Assembly: GCA_964187785.1 (NCBI GenBank)
Contig: OZ076409.1
Coordinates: forward strand, 68,078,001 to 68,142,000
Length of the DNA: 64,000 bases
Direction: 5' to 3'
Source of the DNA: Amphiscolops sp. MND2022
Lineage: Eukaryota
This document shows positions 21,586 to 32,070 of this stretch, piece after piece. The translations under genes and the position numbers were made by a program. Positions within the stretch are counted from its first letter, which is position 1. Every line of letters starts with the position of its first letter. The notes beneath the pieces were generated by a model. That model searched no databases. It saw only the letters and a program-made list of their open reading frames with translations, and was not told where the DNA came from.

Positions 21586-23950
21586 GATTTCGCACGTCTC
21601 GAAAAGTCAAAAATCGATCTAGGGGTCGTACCGGCGTGAAACTTACACAGCGCGTTGATACCGTGGTGTGGGGCCGGAAACCGTGCGTTTGGGGCTTGCG
21701 GAACAGCTGATTCGCAAACAATTGAGTTTTTAGACAATTTTTGAGTTTTTTAGATTTCTTTATAAATGACTAAGATGCTTCGGACGCAACGCGTAATCAT
21801 CGGAAACACTTGAAAATTGGCCACCTGACCTTGTGGTAGGTGTACTACGCGATAGCAAAATCAAATCTAAGCTAAGGTTTTTATTTCAAGATTCGGGCTG
21901 ATCCGGACGTTCGGTACCCTTAGTCATCAAGATACATCAATTTTCATGCTTATTTCAAGATTATGCTTTACTGAAAAAAGCTAGCGGGCTCAAAATTTGC
22001 AAAACAACGTAGTATCTGGTACAAATGATAGAAACGAACGGCAATTCAACCTCGCTTTTTAATTAAGGTACTCGGATCACTCAGGAAAACTTTGAAAAAT
22101 TTCCCTTTATGCCCAACTTTTTGAGTGGTACGTTTTTTTTTTATTTTCTCACCAAGTACCGGTTGGATTGATACGAAACCTTGTAGCTACAGTCGATGAG
22201 CGTATACAATGCCGGTGAAACCATCAATTGAAAGCGCGGACGCTTGTTTGAGGTTCCGACCTTACTTGGATAACACTAAAAATTTTGGACTACTTTTTTT
22301 TTACAAATTCGCTAAGAGGGTCACCTCAAAAAGTGGTAGGGCTGAAAAAATGGGACCTACGTGTTGCCCCACTACTCGTAGTACTAGGATAAACCCTCGA
22401 TTAGGTGTGCCCGTTAAACACGAGGCACCGACAGTTCGTCAGTTTTGGATTATTTCGGCAGTTTTATAGTCCCCTGAAGTTGAAACGTTAGAGAACTTTT
22501 TTTGACTTTGGTGAAAGTTACGTTCACCAAATTTTCGGCACTAGCGTTATTTTTAGTGGTGGTTGTGAAAATACAACCACCTTTTCGCTAAGGTCCAAGG
22601 ATCAATGACCCGACCTTAGCTCAGAGACAGTCCGGATTTTAGGAAAATGGAGGCTTTTCAGTGCATTTTTCTACTTTTCTCAGCACTGAAAAGGAATTTT
22701 GGGATGCGGTCTTCACTATAGATCGTTAAATTTACTGAATAAACTGAAAATAATAGCCCGGGGGCTATTCTAACCGTAAAAGTGTTCGTCAATAGTCAAA
22801 TTGTGTTTCTTCTAAAAGTACTATAGAAAAACCTCAAATTCACAGTTCTCGTAACTTTTTTTAAGAAGTAGTGGTTATAATTACCAAAATGGGTATTGTT
22901 GGGTACCGGCAGGTGTGCCCCAACCTAATTGCAACCATACGGGGGTGTTTGAAAGCTTCTATACAAGTTTCCCCACAAATTCAAAGTGCTAAAAATGTTC
23001 AGTCTTCCAAAAACGGGGTTTTTTCCTCACAAAATTTATACTAAGTGCCTTTTCGGGCAACTTTGAGTAGTTCGTCGCGTTTTTTTGCGAACTCATTAGA
23101 GTCCTGAGCTACTTTCATTTAATTTCTGCAGGTGTGTGGCTAGCACCAAGAGCGCTCGCGCTCATGTAAGTGTTTCGCCTCAAAATGGCCAAATTTGGCA
23201 CTTTTCGTCGAATATACATGAGAAAACGCACTTTTTTCGCACAAAACAGGTGCAAAAGCACACACTTAGTTACAGAAGGCTCGTAAAAACATTGGCAAAT
23301 GGTTGTACATAAAATTTTGAGCAACCCAAAAAATTTTTTCAACCTGACTCAAAAATATCATACAACCCGGACTGACGAGTCGTGTCTTCTCGTTCTTTTT
23401 GCTCATCACCCAGAACAGCTAGAGACAAACGGGTTGCACCATTAGACACGTCAGCATTTGTAGTACGTCTCCACCAAATTTCATTTCTCTAGGTTGCCTG
23501 TACGGGAAATGGGATCGGTGAGTCGTATAACTCGTTTCGGCAGATTGTAAGATTCCTTTGAGCAAGGATCGTCCTCTTCTCAACACTCACTTCATTGGTC
23601 ATAAAAAGCTGAAAAAGGCTAGAAAACACCTGTTAACACTTCTAGCAGCCTTCCAACGGCTTGCTGGACCAATTTGCGAGTGACCCGTCAAGAGGGTAGA
23701 CTATTTCGATCGTTACCTGTCAACTACTAAAAAAGCATAAAAATTACAACATACAGCGCTTTTTTGCAAGATTTACCTATATCCACCGGGCTTGAAGTCT
23801 TCAATAACACATACAGGGTAAAAACGTGGAAAAACTCTGCTTCTCTCCTCTTTCCATCAGAGTCGGGTCGTACTTGGCGTTAATCACCAGAGTGTCGGCT
23901 ATTTTAAAACCATTAAGGGAAGCACTTCGAAGCGATCCCTCTGTGGTCGC

Positions 23951-23968
23951 CATAAAATGTGTTCTCCA
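23951..23968 (-). other. Putative primer-binding site of element A
   Basis: TGGAGAACACATTTTATG directly follows the CA end of the 5' LTR on the minus strand. The tRNA is not identified. Confidence 0.6.
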
Positions 23969-24702
23969 TGTAACGACAAGCTCTCACCATTGTCGCCGTA
24001 ACCATAAGAGTAGGAGGAACACATGGCATGGGTATTTGCCCGGGACAGGCGCCCATGGCCATGAGTCCATTTTGCCTCCTTCGGGTAAGAAATGTCCCGT
24101 CAGAGGAGGATTCCGCTTCTTGTGAAGTGCTCGCCGGCCTGATCCAGTCTGTAATTGCTATCAGTAGTGCGCATTACGCTTTTTCTTCGAAACCAACACT
24201 TAGACAGCCTTTAAAAAATGCAAGTGGTGGAAAGGAAAAATCAAATTTTTTCGAAGTTACACAGGAGATCGAAACGAGTAGCTCACGAGCTGTTACAATA
24301 AGAAAATACGAAAATTACTACATAATTAGCACTTTTGAGGCAGCAATTAGCCGGGGACACAAGCACGGATGCTTGGTCAAGCTAATTGACTCATTTTTGG
24401 TAATCACAGCGTCTTGTAACGCTTCGCTGAAGAAAGCACTGGTTAGAACAAAGTTCAGTCCGTTTTGGCAGAAATTTGAGTCTTTTTCTGACAGCGGCTG
24501 TATTTTTCTGCAGTCTTCTTGTTCGGTTGGGGTCTCTCTCGAGTCTTTTGCTCAAATTCTCTTCAATTCCGTGGGCAGGTACTTGAATAAAGACACGCTG
24601 GCGTCTAGCGGAATATGACTCTTTAGTAGAGGAGATATAGTCCCTTGAACGAAATTTTCATCGAAATTTTCGAAATCGTGCACTCGATAGGTAATCGCTA
24701 CA
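23969..24702 (-). repeat. Element A 5' LTR (734 bp)
   Basis: Direct repeat of 5492-6224. I found only one 1-bp indel and one substitution by eye. Confidence 0.95.
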
Positions 24703-26181
24703 GCAACTTGTATTCTATTTGCCATAACTATCAAAAAGCCCTACCCAACACGATCCATTTGAATTGAAACATTTGAAATAAACTGCATTTATACCTTAGA
24801 AGTCATGTAATTTATCTATTCTGAATGTAAAATATCATTTAGTGATGATTTAATATTACGTAATACTAGTGTTAATTTGTACGTTTCTAGCAAATTGGAC
24901 ACCAAGGCGTACAGGTAAAGGAAACGAGTTCAAATGTTTCCTCGCCTGTCGCCTTGGACAGCAAGTCTAAATGAATCTTGACCAATCAGAGCGCAGTATT
25001 TGAATAACCAGTGCTCTCATCAAACTGTACGCGGCGCTTTAATTAAAGGACTTGACGGCCATATGCCGCCTGTCGACAAACAAATAAGGACTGCCGTGTC
25101 CATTGGACGCTGAGACCACTTTTGAATTAAAGGTGCTGAATGATGAATACAATTACTCAGAACTTAGAAAAGCCTTTAATTTCTCATGAAATGGATACAT
25201 AGTGTCCAAAGACCGCATGGTAATGAAATGTTGCGTGCTGTTAATAAGTCTCATGCAAGATGATGGGACGCATGTAATTTGCTTATGTATATGTGTGCTG
25301 TTAATATGCTTTCTAGACGCAAGGGCTTCCCGCCAACAGGTTACCTGTCGGGAAACCTCCTTTGAAGTCACTTGCATCATAATGATGTCAATAGCTAGTT
25401 GTTGCTATTTTTAGAATTGTTACTCTTTTTAGAAAGCCCTTAAGGCTATTTGTAGAATATGACAACTCATATTCTGACTGTCATGTAGTTTTTAATATAT
25501 ATAGCCGGGACATTCAGTCCCGGGGACACAGGTTGTGAAAAGCTACATGTTAAAGTTACTTGTTACAGTAATATCACGTTGTATTTGCAAGTTAAAAGAT
25601 AATTAACATCTTTACCTTGTGACAATTTCTTATGCCTTCCACAAGAAGACGAAAGGCAAAGGCCAGGAAATCTAGAGAAATGGACATGATGTCCGACTTT
25701 GAAAACATAGACGTAATGTTGGGAAATATCAACAATAACCCCATAGAAAGGGAATTAGCTGAAGCAATAGATCAGTCGTCGACCCATGAGGACGCTGATA
25801 CAAACGCATACCAAGAAAACGAGTATAAAAATTACTTGCATGAAAATGACCTGCTAAGACAAAATGAGGTCAGGCAGTCCTTTGAGACTTTCTCAAATGA
25901 ATTCAATCTTAGACTATCTCAAGAGATGGATTCAATGATGTCTATGATGCATAGTCAAATAAATAGAGCTGTTACGACAGCTATAGCTGAAAGAGTCATT
26001 CCAGAAATCCAAAACATTGTTAGTTCAATGTCATCTTCAGGGAACAGGGACACTGAGGCCAGCATGTCTCCTGGTAGTCAGGAAAATAGGGAAAGTTCAT
26101 CCGGGTTGAAATCGAAGGTAACAAAAAAGAACTCAAGGTCTGTTGGTGATTTGAGAGACACCGCGCCTAGTAGTCATTACA
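24703..26181 (+). repeat. Remainder of the element B 5' LTR
   Basis: Matches ~38224-39696. Ends ...cattaCA, followed by TGG. Confidence 0.9.
25454..25523 (+). promoter_or_regulatory. Putative LTR core promoter of B: TATA-like run flanked by two perfect inverted repeats
   Basis: agaatatga-caac-tcatattct (25454-25475), TATATATA (~25496-25503), ccgggac-attca-gtcccgg (25505-25523), ~110 nt before the gag ATG. Conserved in all three LTR copies. Confidence 0.55.
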
Positions 26182-27459
26182 TGGTGACAGGAGCTAACGA
26201 AACCCAACAGCAAATTCCCGAACTTCTGAGAGGACGAATCCACTCAATCCCGAACCTGGAGAGACAGCAATCCAACCACAATGTCTCTTTGGATACCACT
26301 CTGCCAGCCCCAGAACCACAGGTTCCGGCAACCCCACAGGATCCATTGAATAGACTAGCAGACGTCCTGGTCAATCTGAAAATAAACCACAAACGATGAC
26401 CATCCGACCAGTCCAAACCACACCAATGACGTTTGATGGCAAAAGCGAGAAATTTGAACTTTTTGAGGACTTGTTCCACACAATGATCAAAATGCAACCG
26501 GCCATGACAGAGCAAATGAAAATCAACCATTTTCATTCCTTACTCAGGAAAGGGGCCCTGCAAACTTTCAGGAACATAAACTCAATTAACCGTCAAACAC
26601 TTGAGGACGTGCTGATCATATTCCGGAGAAAATATGTTAAACCGGAATCCCAAGCAACTGCAAAACACAAATGGCATCGGTTGACATTCGACCCAAACAC
26701 CATGAAACTGCCGGATTTCTTGGAGGAACTCAACCAGGGGGCAGAAAAAGCATTTGGTGAAAATGCGAAAAGCATGATTGACAGCTTATTGTACGCAAAA
26801 CTGCCTCCAAAACTCAAACGATCTGTCAACATGGCCCGCCTGGAGAACGGTACATATGAAGAAATTGTCGCTCATCTTGAAAGAGAGCCCGAACTCAATG
26901 CATGGAAGAACCAGATGACTTACCAATGGCCACAATGGCCTCTGCATCCACTAGTAATAACAACCTACTGTCTAACGGAATAAAGACCAACAAGGACGCA
27001 CAATGCTCTTATTGTAAAGCCACAGGCCACTTCTATAAGAGCTGCCCCAAATTGAAAAAGAAGAAAGAAATGGAGGACAAAAAGGGCAAAAAGCCCCAAC
27101 GCCCAGCATACACAGAATGCCCCACTTGCAAGAAAACGAATCACCCTGCTGAGCGGTGCTGGAAAGGAGCTGGGGCACACTTACGTCCCAAAAGGACACG
27201 ACCCGAAGATAAAGCCGATGAAACCTCCGGGGACGAAAAATCGTCCAAGAAGTCACCTAACTCTGAGACCACATCTTCAGGCCAATCAAGTTCACGTCAA
27301 CCCGATTCAAAAAACTCATTTCGCCACGACTCCAAGTTTCCAACCAGATGTCAGTGCGACAAAATGTCATATCTGACCCACCAAACATTATTTATAAACA
27401 AACTCAAAACGACACCACAGGAATGCCATCGACTGTCTGGGGAATACGAGAGGACGTAG
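25632..27459 (+). pseudogene. gag: Element B gag, copy 1 (frameshifted)
   Basis: MPSTRRRKAK... then FDGKSEKFELFEDLF, knuckles CSYCKATGHFYKSC and CPTCKKTNHPAERC. 1-nt frameshifts at ~26380 and ~26900. Confidence 0.88.
26182..26195 (+). other. Primer-binding site of B (TGGTGACAGGAGC), duplicated at 28658
   Basis: Directly follows the LTR-terminal CA. The same TGGTGACAGGA occurs after the LTRs of D (57220, minus) and E (61183). Confidence 0.8.
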
Positions 27460-28120
27460 AAACTAGACCGATTGAGGTCAATGTCCAATCAGCTGGCGTG
27501 TCAGAGGAAGAGCAAAATTTCTTCAATGAGGAGGATAACGAAACGGAAGAACAGATTTGGGAACGGAAAAAACAATCCAAAAAGGGACTCATTGGACGCT
27601 GATTCCACTTTTGAATTAAAGGTGCTGAATGATGAATACAATTACTCAGAACTTAGAAAAGCCTTTATTTTCTCATGAAATGGATACATAGTGTCGAAAG
27701 ACCGCATGGTAATGAAATGTTGCGTGCTGTTAATAAGTCTCATGCAAGATGATGGGACGCATGTAATTTGCTTATGTATATGTGTGCTGTTAATATGCTT
27801 TCTAGACGCAAGGGCTTCCCGCCAACAGGTTACCTGTCGGGAAACCTCCTTTGAAGTCACTTGCATCATAATGACGTCAATAGCTAGTTGTTGCTATTTT
27901 TAGAATTGTTACTCTTTTTAGAAAGCCCTTAAGGCTATTTGTAGAATATGACAACTCATATTCTGACTGTCATGTAGTTTTTAATATATATAGCCGGGAC
28001 ATTCAGTCCCGGGGACACAGGTTGTGAAAAACTACATGTTAAAGTTACTTGTTACAGTAATATCACGTTGTATTTGCAAGTTAAAAGATAATTAACATCT
28101 TTACCTTGTGACAATTTCTT

Positions 28121-29936
28121 ATGCCTTCCACAAGAAGACGAAAGGCAAAGGCCAGGAAATCTAGAGAAATGGACATGATGTCCGACTTTGAAAACTTAGA
28201 CGGAATGTTGGGAAATATCAACAATAACCCCATAGAAAGGGAATTAGCTGAAGCAATAGATCAGTCGTCGACCCATGAGGACGCTGATACAAACGCATAC
28301 CAAGAAAACGAGTATAAAAATTACTTGCATGAAAATGACCTGCTAAGACAAAATGAGGTCAGGCAGTCCTTTGAGACTTTCTCAAATGAATTCAATCTTA
28401 GATGGATTCAATGATGTCTATGATGCATAGTCAAATAAATAGAGCTGTTACGACAGCTATAGCTGAAAGAGTCATTCCAGAAATCCAAAACATTGTTAGT
28501 TCAATGTCATCTTCAGGGAACAGGGACACTGAGGCCAGCATGTCTCCTGGTAGTCAGGAAAATAGGGAAAGTTCATCCGGGTTGAAATCGAAGGTAACAA
28601 AAAAGAACTCAAGGTCTGTTGGTGATTTGAGAGACACCGCGCCTAGTAGTCATTACATGGTGACAGGAGCTAACGAAACCCAACAGCAAATTCCCGAACT
28701 TCTGAGAGGACGAATCCACTCAATCCCGAACCTGGAGAGACAGCAATCCAACCACAATGTCTCTTTGGATACCACTCTGCCAGCCCCAGAACCACAGGTT
28801 CCGGCAACCCCACAGGATCCATTGAATAGACTAGCAGACGTCCTGGTCAATCTGAAAATAAACCACAAACGATGACCATCCGACCAGTCCAAACCACACC
28901 AATGACGTTTGATGGCAAAAGCGAGAAATTTGAACTTTTTGAGGACTTGTTCCACACAATGATCAAAATGCAACCGGCCATGACAGAGCAAATGAAAATC
29001 AACCATTTTCATTCCTTACTCAGGAAAGGGGCCCTGCAAACTTTCAGGAACATAAACTCAATTAACCGTCAAACACTTGAGGACGTGCTGGTCATATTCC
29101 GGAGAAAATATGTTAAACCGGAATCCCAAGCAACTGCAAAACACAAATGGCATCGGTTGACATTCGACCCAAACACCATGAAACTGCCGGATTTCTTGGA
29201 GGAACTCAACCAGGGGGCAGAAAAAGCATTTGGTGAAAATCCGAAAAGCATGATTGACAGCTTATTGTACGCAAAACTGCCTCCAAAACTCAAACGATCT
29301 GTCAACATGGCCCGCCTGGAGAACGGTACATATGAAGAAATTGTCGCTCATCTTGAAAGAGAGCCCGAACTCAATGCATTGGAAGAACCAGATGACTTAC
29401 CAATGGCCACAATGGCCTCTGCATCCACTAGTAATAACAACCTACTGTCTAACGGAATAAAGACCAACAAGGACGCACAATGCTCTTATTGTAAAGCCAC
29501 AGGCCACTTCTATAAGAGCTGCCCCAAATTGAAAAAGAAGAAAGAAATGGAGGACAAAAAGGGCAAAAAGCCCCAACGCCCAGCATACACAGAATGCCCC
29601 ACTTGCAAGAAAACGAATCACCCTGCTGAGCGGTGCTGGAAAGGAGCTGGGGCACACTTACGTCCCAAAAGGACACGACCCGAAGATAAAGCCGATGAAA
29701 CCTCCGGGGACGAAAAATCGTCCAAGAAGTCACCTAACTCTGAGACCACATCTTCAGGCCAATCAAGTTCACGTCAACCCGATTCAAAAAACTCATTTCG
29801 CCACGACTCCAAGTTTCCAACCAGATGTCAGTGCGACAAAATGTCATATCTGACCCACCAAACATTATTTATAAACAAACTCAAAACGACACCACAGGAA
29901 TGCCATCGACTGTCTGGGGAATACGAGAGGACGTAG
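28121..29936 (+). pseudogene. gag: Element B gag, copy 2 (13-nt deletion at ~28402, frameshift at ~28860)
   Basis: Duplicate of 25632-27459. The 354-aa ORF 28872-29936 carries the capsid-like region and two CCHC knuckles. Confidence 0.88.
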
Positions 29937-32070
29937 AAACTAGACCGATTGAGGTCAATGTCCAATCAGCTGGCGTGTCAGAGGAAGAGCAAAATTTCTT
30001 CAATGAGGAGGATAACGAAACGGAAGAACAGATTTGGGAACGGAAAAAACAATCCAAAAAGGGACTCATGGTCCCAGAGACAGTCATCCACATTGACGCC
30101 ATATCCGAAAAAACAATAGAAGAAATTACCAATTTCACTCAAAAGTTGCGACGAACTAACCAGATACTGCTTGAACAGTCTAAAGACCCGATTTTGCTCC
30201 AATTGAAAGCAAAATTTCAGAAGGAAGAATACTCTGAAGAAATCCTGCAACAGGATATTCGGTATAAGTACTATTTGAACAACATAGACCGAATAGTCCT
30301 TAAGGATGAAATTGTGATAAAGCAGTACTATGACGAAACTGGCCAGATCAAATATCATCAAATTCTTTTACCGAAACACTTGGTTCAAGAACTATTACAA
30401 GCAATACATGGCACAGCACATCGCCACCCAGGCATTTCTAAAATGTTACAGGAAATTCGCCAAAAATACTACTACCCCGGAATTGCAAAACACGTCAAAA
30501 ATGGGTAGAAGGCTGCGAAACATGCGCCAAGGACAAAAGGGTCTCCAACACGGTAATTACCCCAGAATTACTAAATTTGCCTGAATGGGACCTAGGCCCA
30601 GAAGATGCCATGCAAATTGATTTGTTACCACATTTACCAACCAGTGGCGGATACCAAACAGTGATGACCGCAATAGACGTGTTTTCAAGATACCTTTTTG
30701 CCTACACGCTCATTGAGGCAACAGCCACAAATGTAGCCAAAGTAATTATTGATATAATGACGAAACATTCCTATTTGCCAACAACACTCATCAAGGACAA
30801 GGGGTCCGCATTTACCTCAAAGATTTTAGAAGAAATTACTGAAATACTGGGGATTACACTGAAATGTGCCACTACTAAACACCCGCAAACTATTGGCAAA
30901 CTTGAAAGGACACACGCCTCTTTAAAGACCAACCTGAAGATGGCCTCGGGGGAATATCGTCGTCAATGGCACAAATATTTACCATTAGCTGTGCTTAACT
31001 ATAACACTACTTATCACGCTAGTATTGGTTGTGAACCTAGCAAAGTCTTTCATGGACGAATTCCCTACAACGTCCTTGATCATAAATTGGGAAATAATCC
31101 TAACAAAAATTTCCTACCGACAACTGAATTCGCGGAAGAATTACAGCAGAGGACGCAAATCCTTATTGATCAGACAAAAAAGAACATTATGCAGTCGTAT
31201 TTAAAGTACAAAGAGTACTACGACCGCAAGGCCAAAGCGGCTCCGTTACAGGAGAAAGACTACTGTTTTGTTCTTCAACCGAAAGCGGATAGTCAAGGCT
31301 CTAAAATACCGTTTAGAGACTTCCGATGGATTGGTCCCTTTGTCGTTCAAAAGACTTTACCAAATAACAATTATATAGTGCGTCGTTTAAATACGAATAA
31401 AACGCAGATCTTGCACCGGATCAGACTCAAAAAATTTGTTCCAAATGTCCCATTAGAGGACAAATACAAAGAAGAGAAATTACAGCCCGATGAAGAAATA
31501 GTAATACCGCAAGATGGTTTGTATACCATTTCATGGGAAGCGGACTTCGAATACGAGCTGTTCGATCCGAAGAAAAATGATTGGCCAGACACGGCCACGC
31601 GTCTGCCGCAAGACGCCACGAACGGCGAAGTGGACTATTACGTCACCGAGAATGAAAATACCAGCGTGAATGACGATGAACGCATCAGCGAAAAGAATGA
31701 AGATGACGTCATTAAGAATAAAATTAGGCCGAACACGGCCAATAACCGCGAAACAACGCCTCTACAGGACGAGACGCCAAAGCAGTTGCGAGATGAAGCT
31801 GACGTCACCGAAGATGAAATAGGGACGCAATCGGCCACAAGCCGAGATACGTCGTCCCCGCTGAGCGAAACGCCACGTGGGACGAAAAATCAAAATGATG
31901 TCACAAATGATTTAGGAAACGCGGAAATTGCTTCAAAAGGAGGCGTAGATATTACCGTGCTCGGAATATCAGAAAAAGGGAAAAATGAAGAAAACTCTAG
32001 CCCTAGAGGAAGGAAATATAACCTTCGACCTAACCCCACCCCCAACTTTACTGATGAATACAGATATTAG
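29786..32070 (+). pseudogene. pol: Element B pol reduced to integrase (PR-RT-RH deleted; one frameshift at ~30500)
   Basis: HHCC (HGTAHRHPG...CETC), core (QIDLL, KDKG, LERTH), WIGPF, acidic tail ending KYNLRPNP. No DTG, YxDD or RNase H motif between gag and IN. Confidence 0.9.

Larger units (their letters stand above)
5492..24702 (-). mobile_element. Element A: giant (~19.2 kb) full-length Ty3/Gypsy LTR retrotransposon
   Basis: Two near-identical LTRs, minus-strand gag-PR-RT-RH-IN order, PBS/PPT-like sites, and additional downstream ORFs. Confidence 0.96.
25101..30066 (+). repeat. Head-to-tail ~2.5-kb tandem duplication in B (25101-27589 and 27590-30066)
   Basis: Near-identical copies of the LTR 3' part, PBS, gag and the start of pol. 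Junction gggactCATtggacgc has CAT microhomology. Confidence 0.92.

Noticed and set aside
24028..24618. 196-aa plus-strand ORF inside A's LTR (split into two ORFs in the other LTR, 5551-6140)
   Set aside because: No recognisable motif, broken by the indel in one LTR, and only two near-identical copies, so there is no evidence of selection.
25501..25530. GGGACA as a candidate LTR end for B (inverted repeat of the TGTCCC start)
   Set aside because: LTR homology continues ~650 bp further, and both the TSD and the PBS place the end at 26181/39696.
26182..26199. Assigning the PBS TGGTGACAGGA to a specific tRNA
   Set aside because: It cannot be matched reliably without the host tRNA set.
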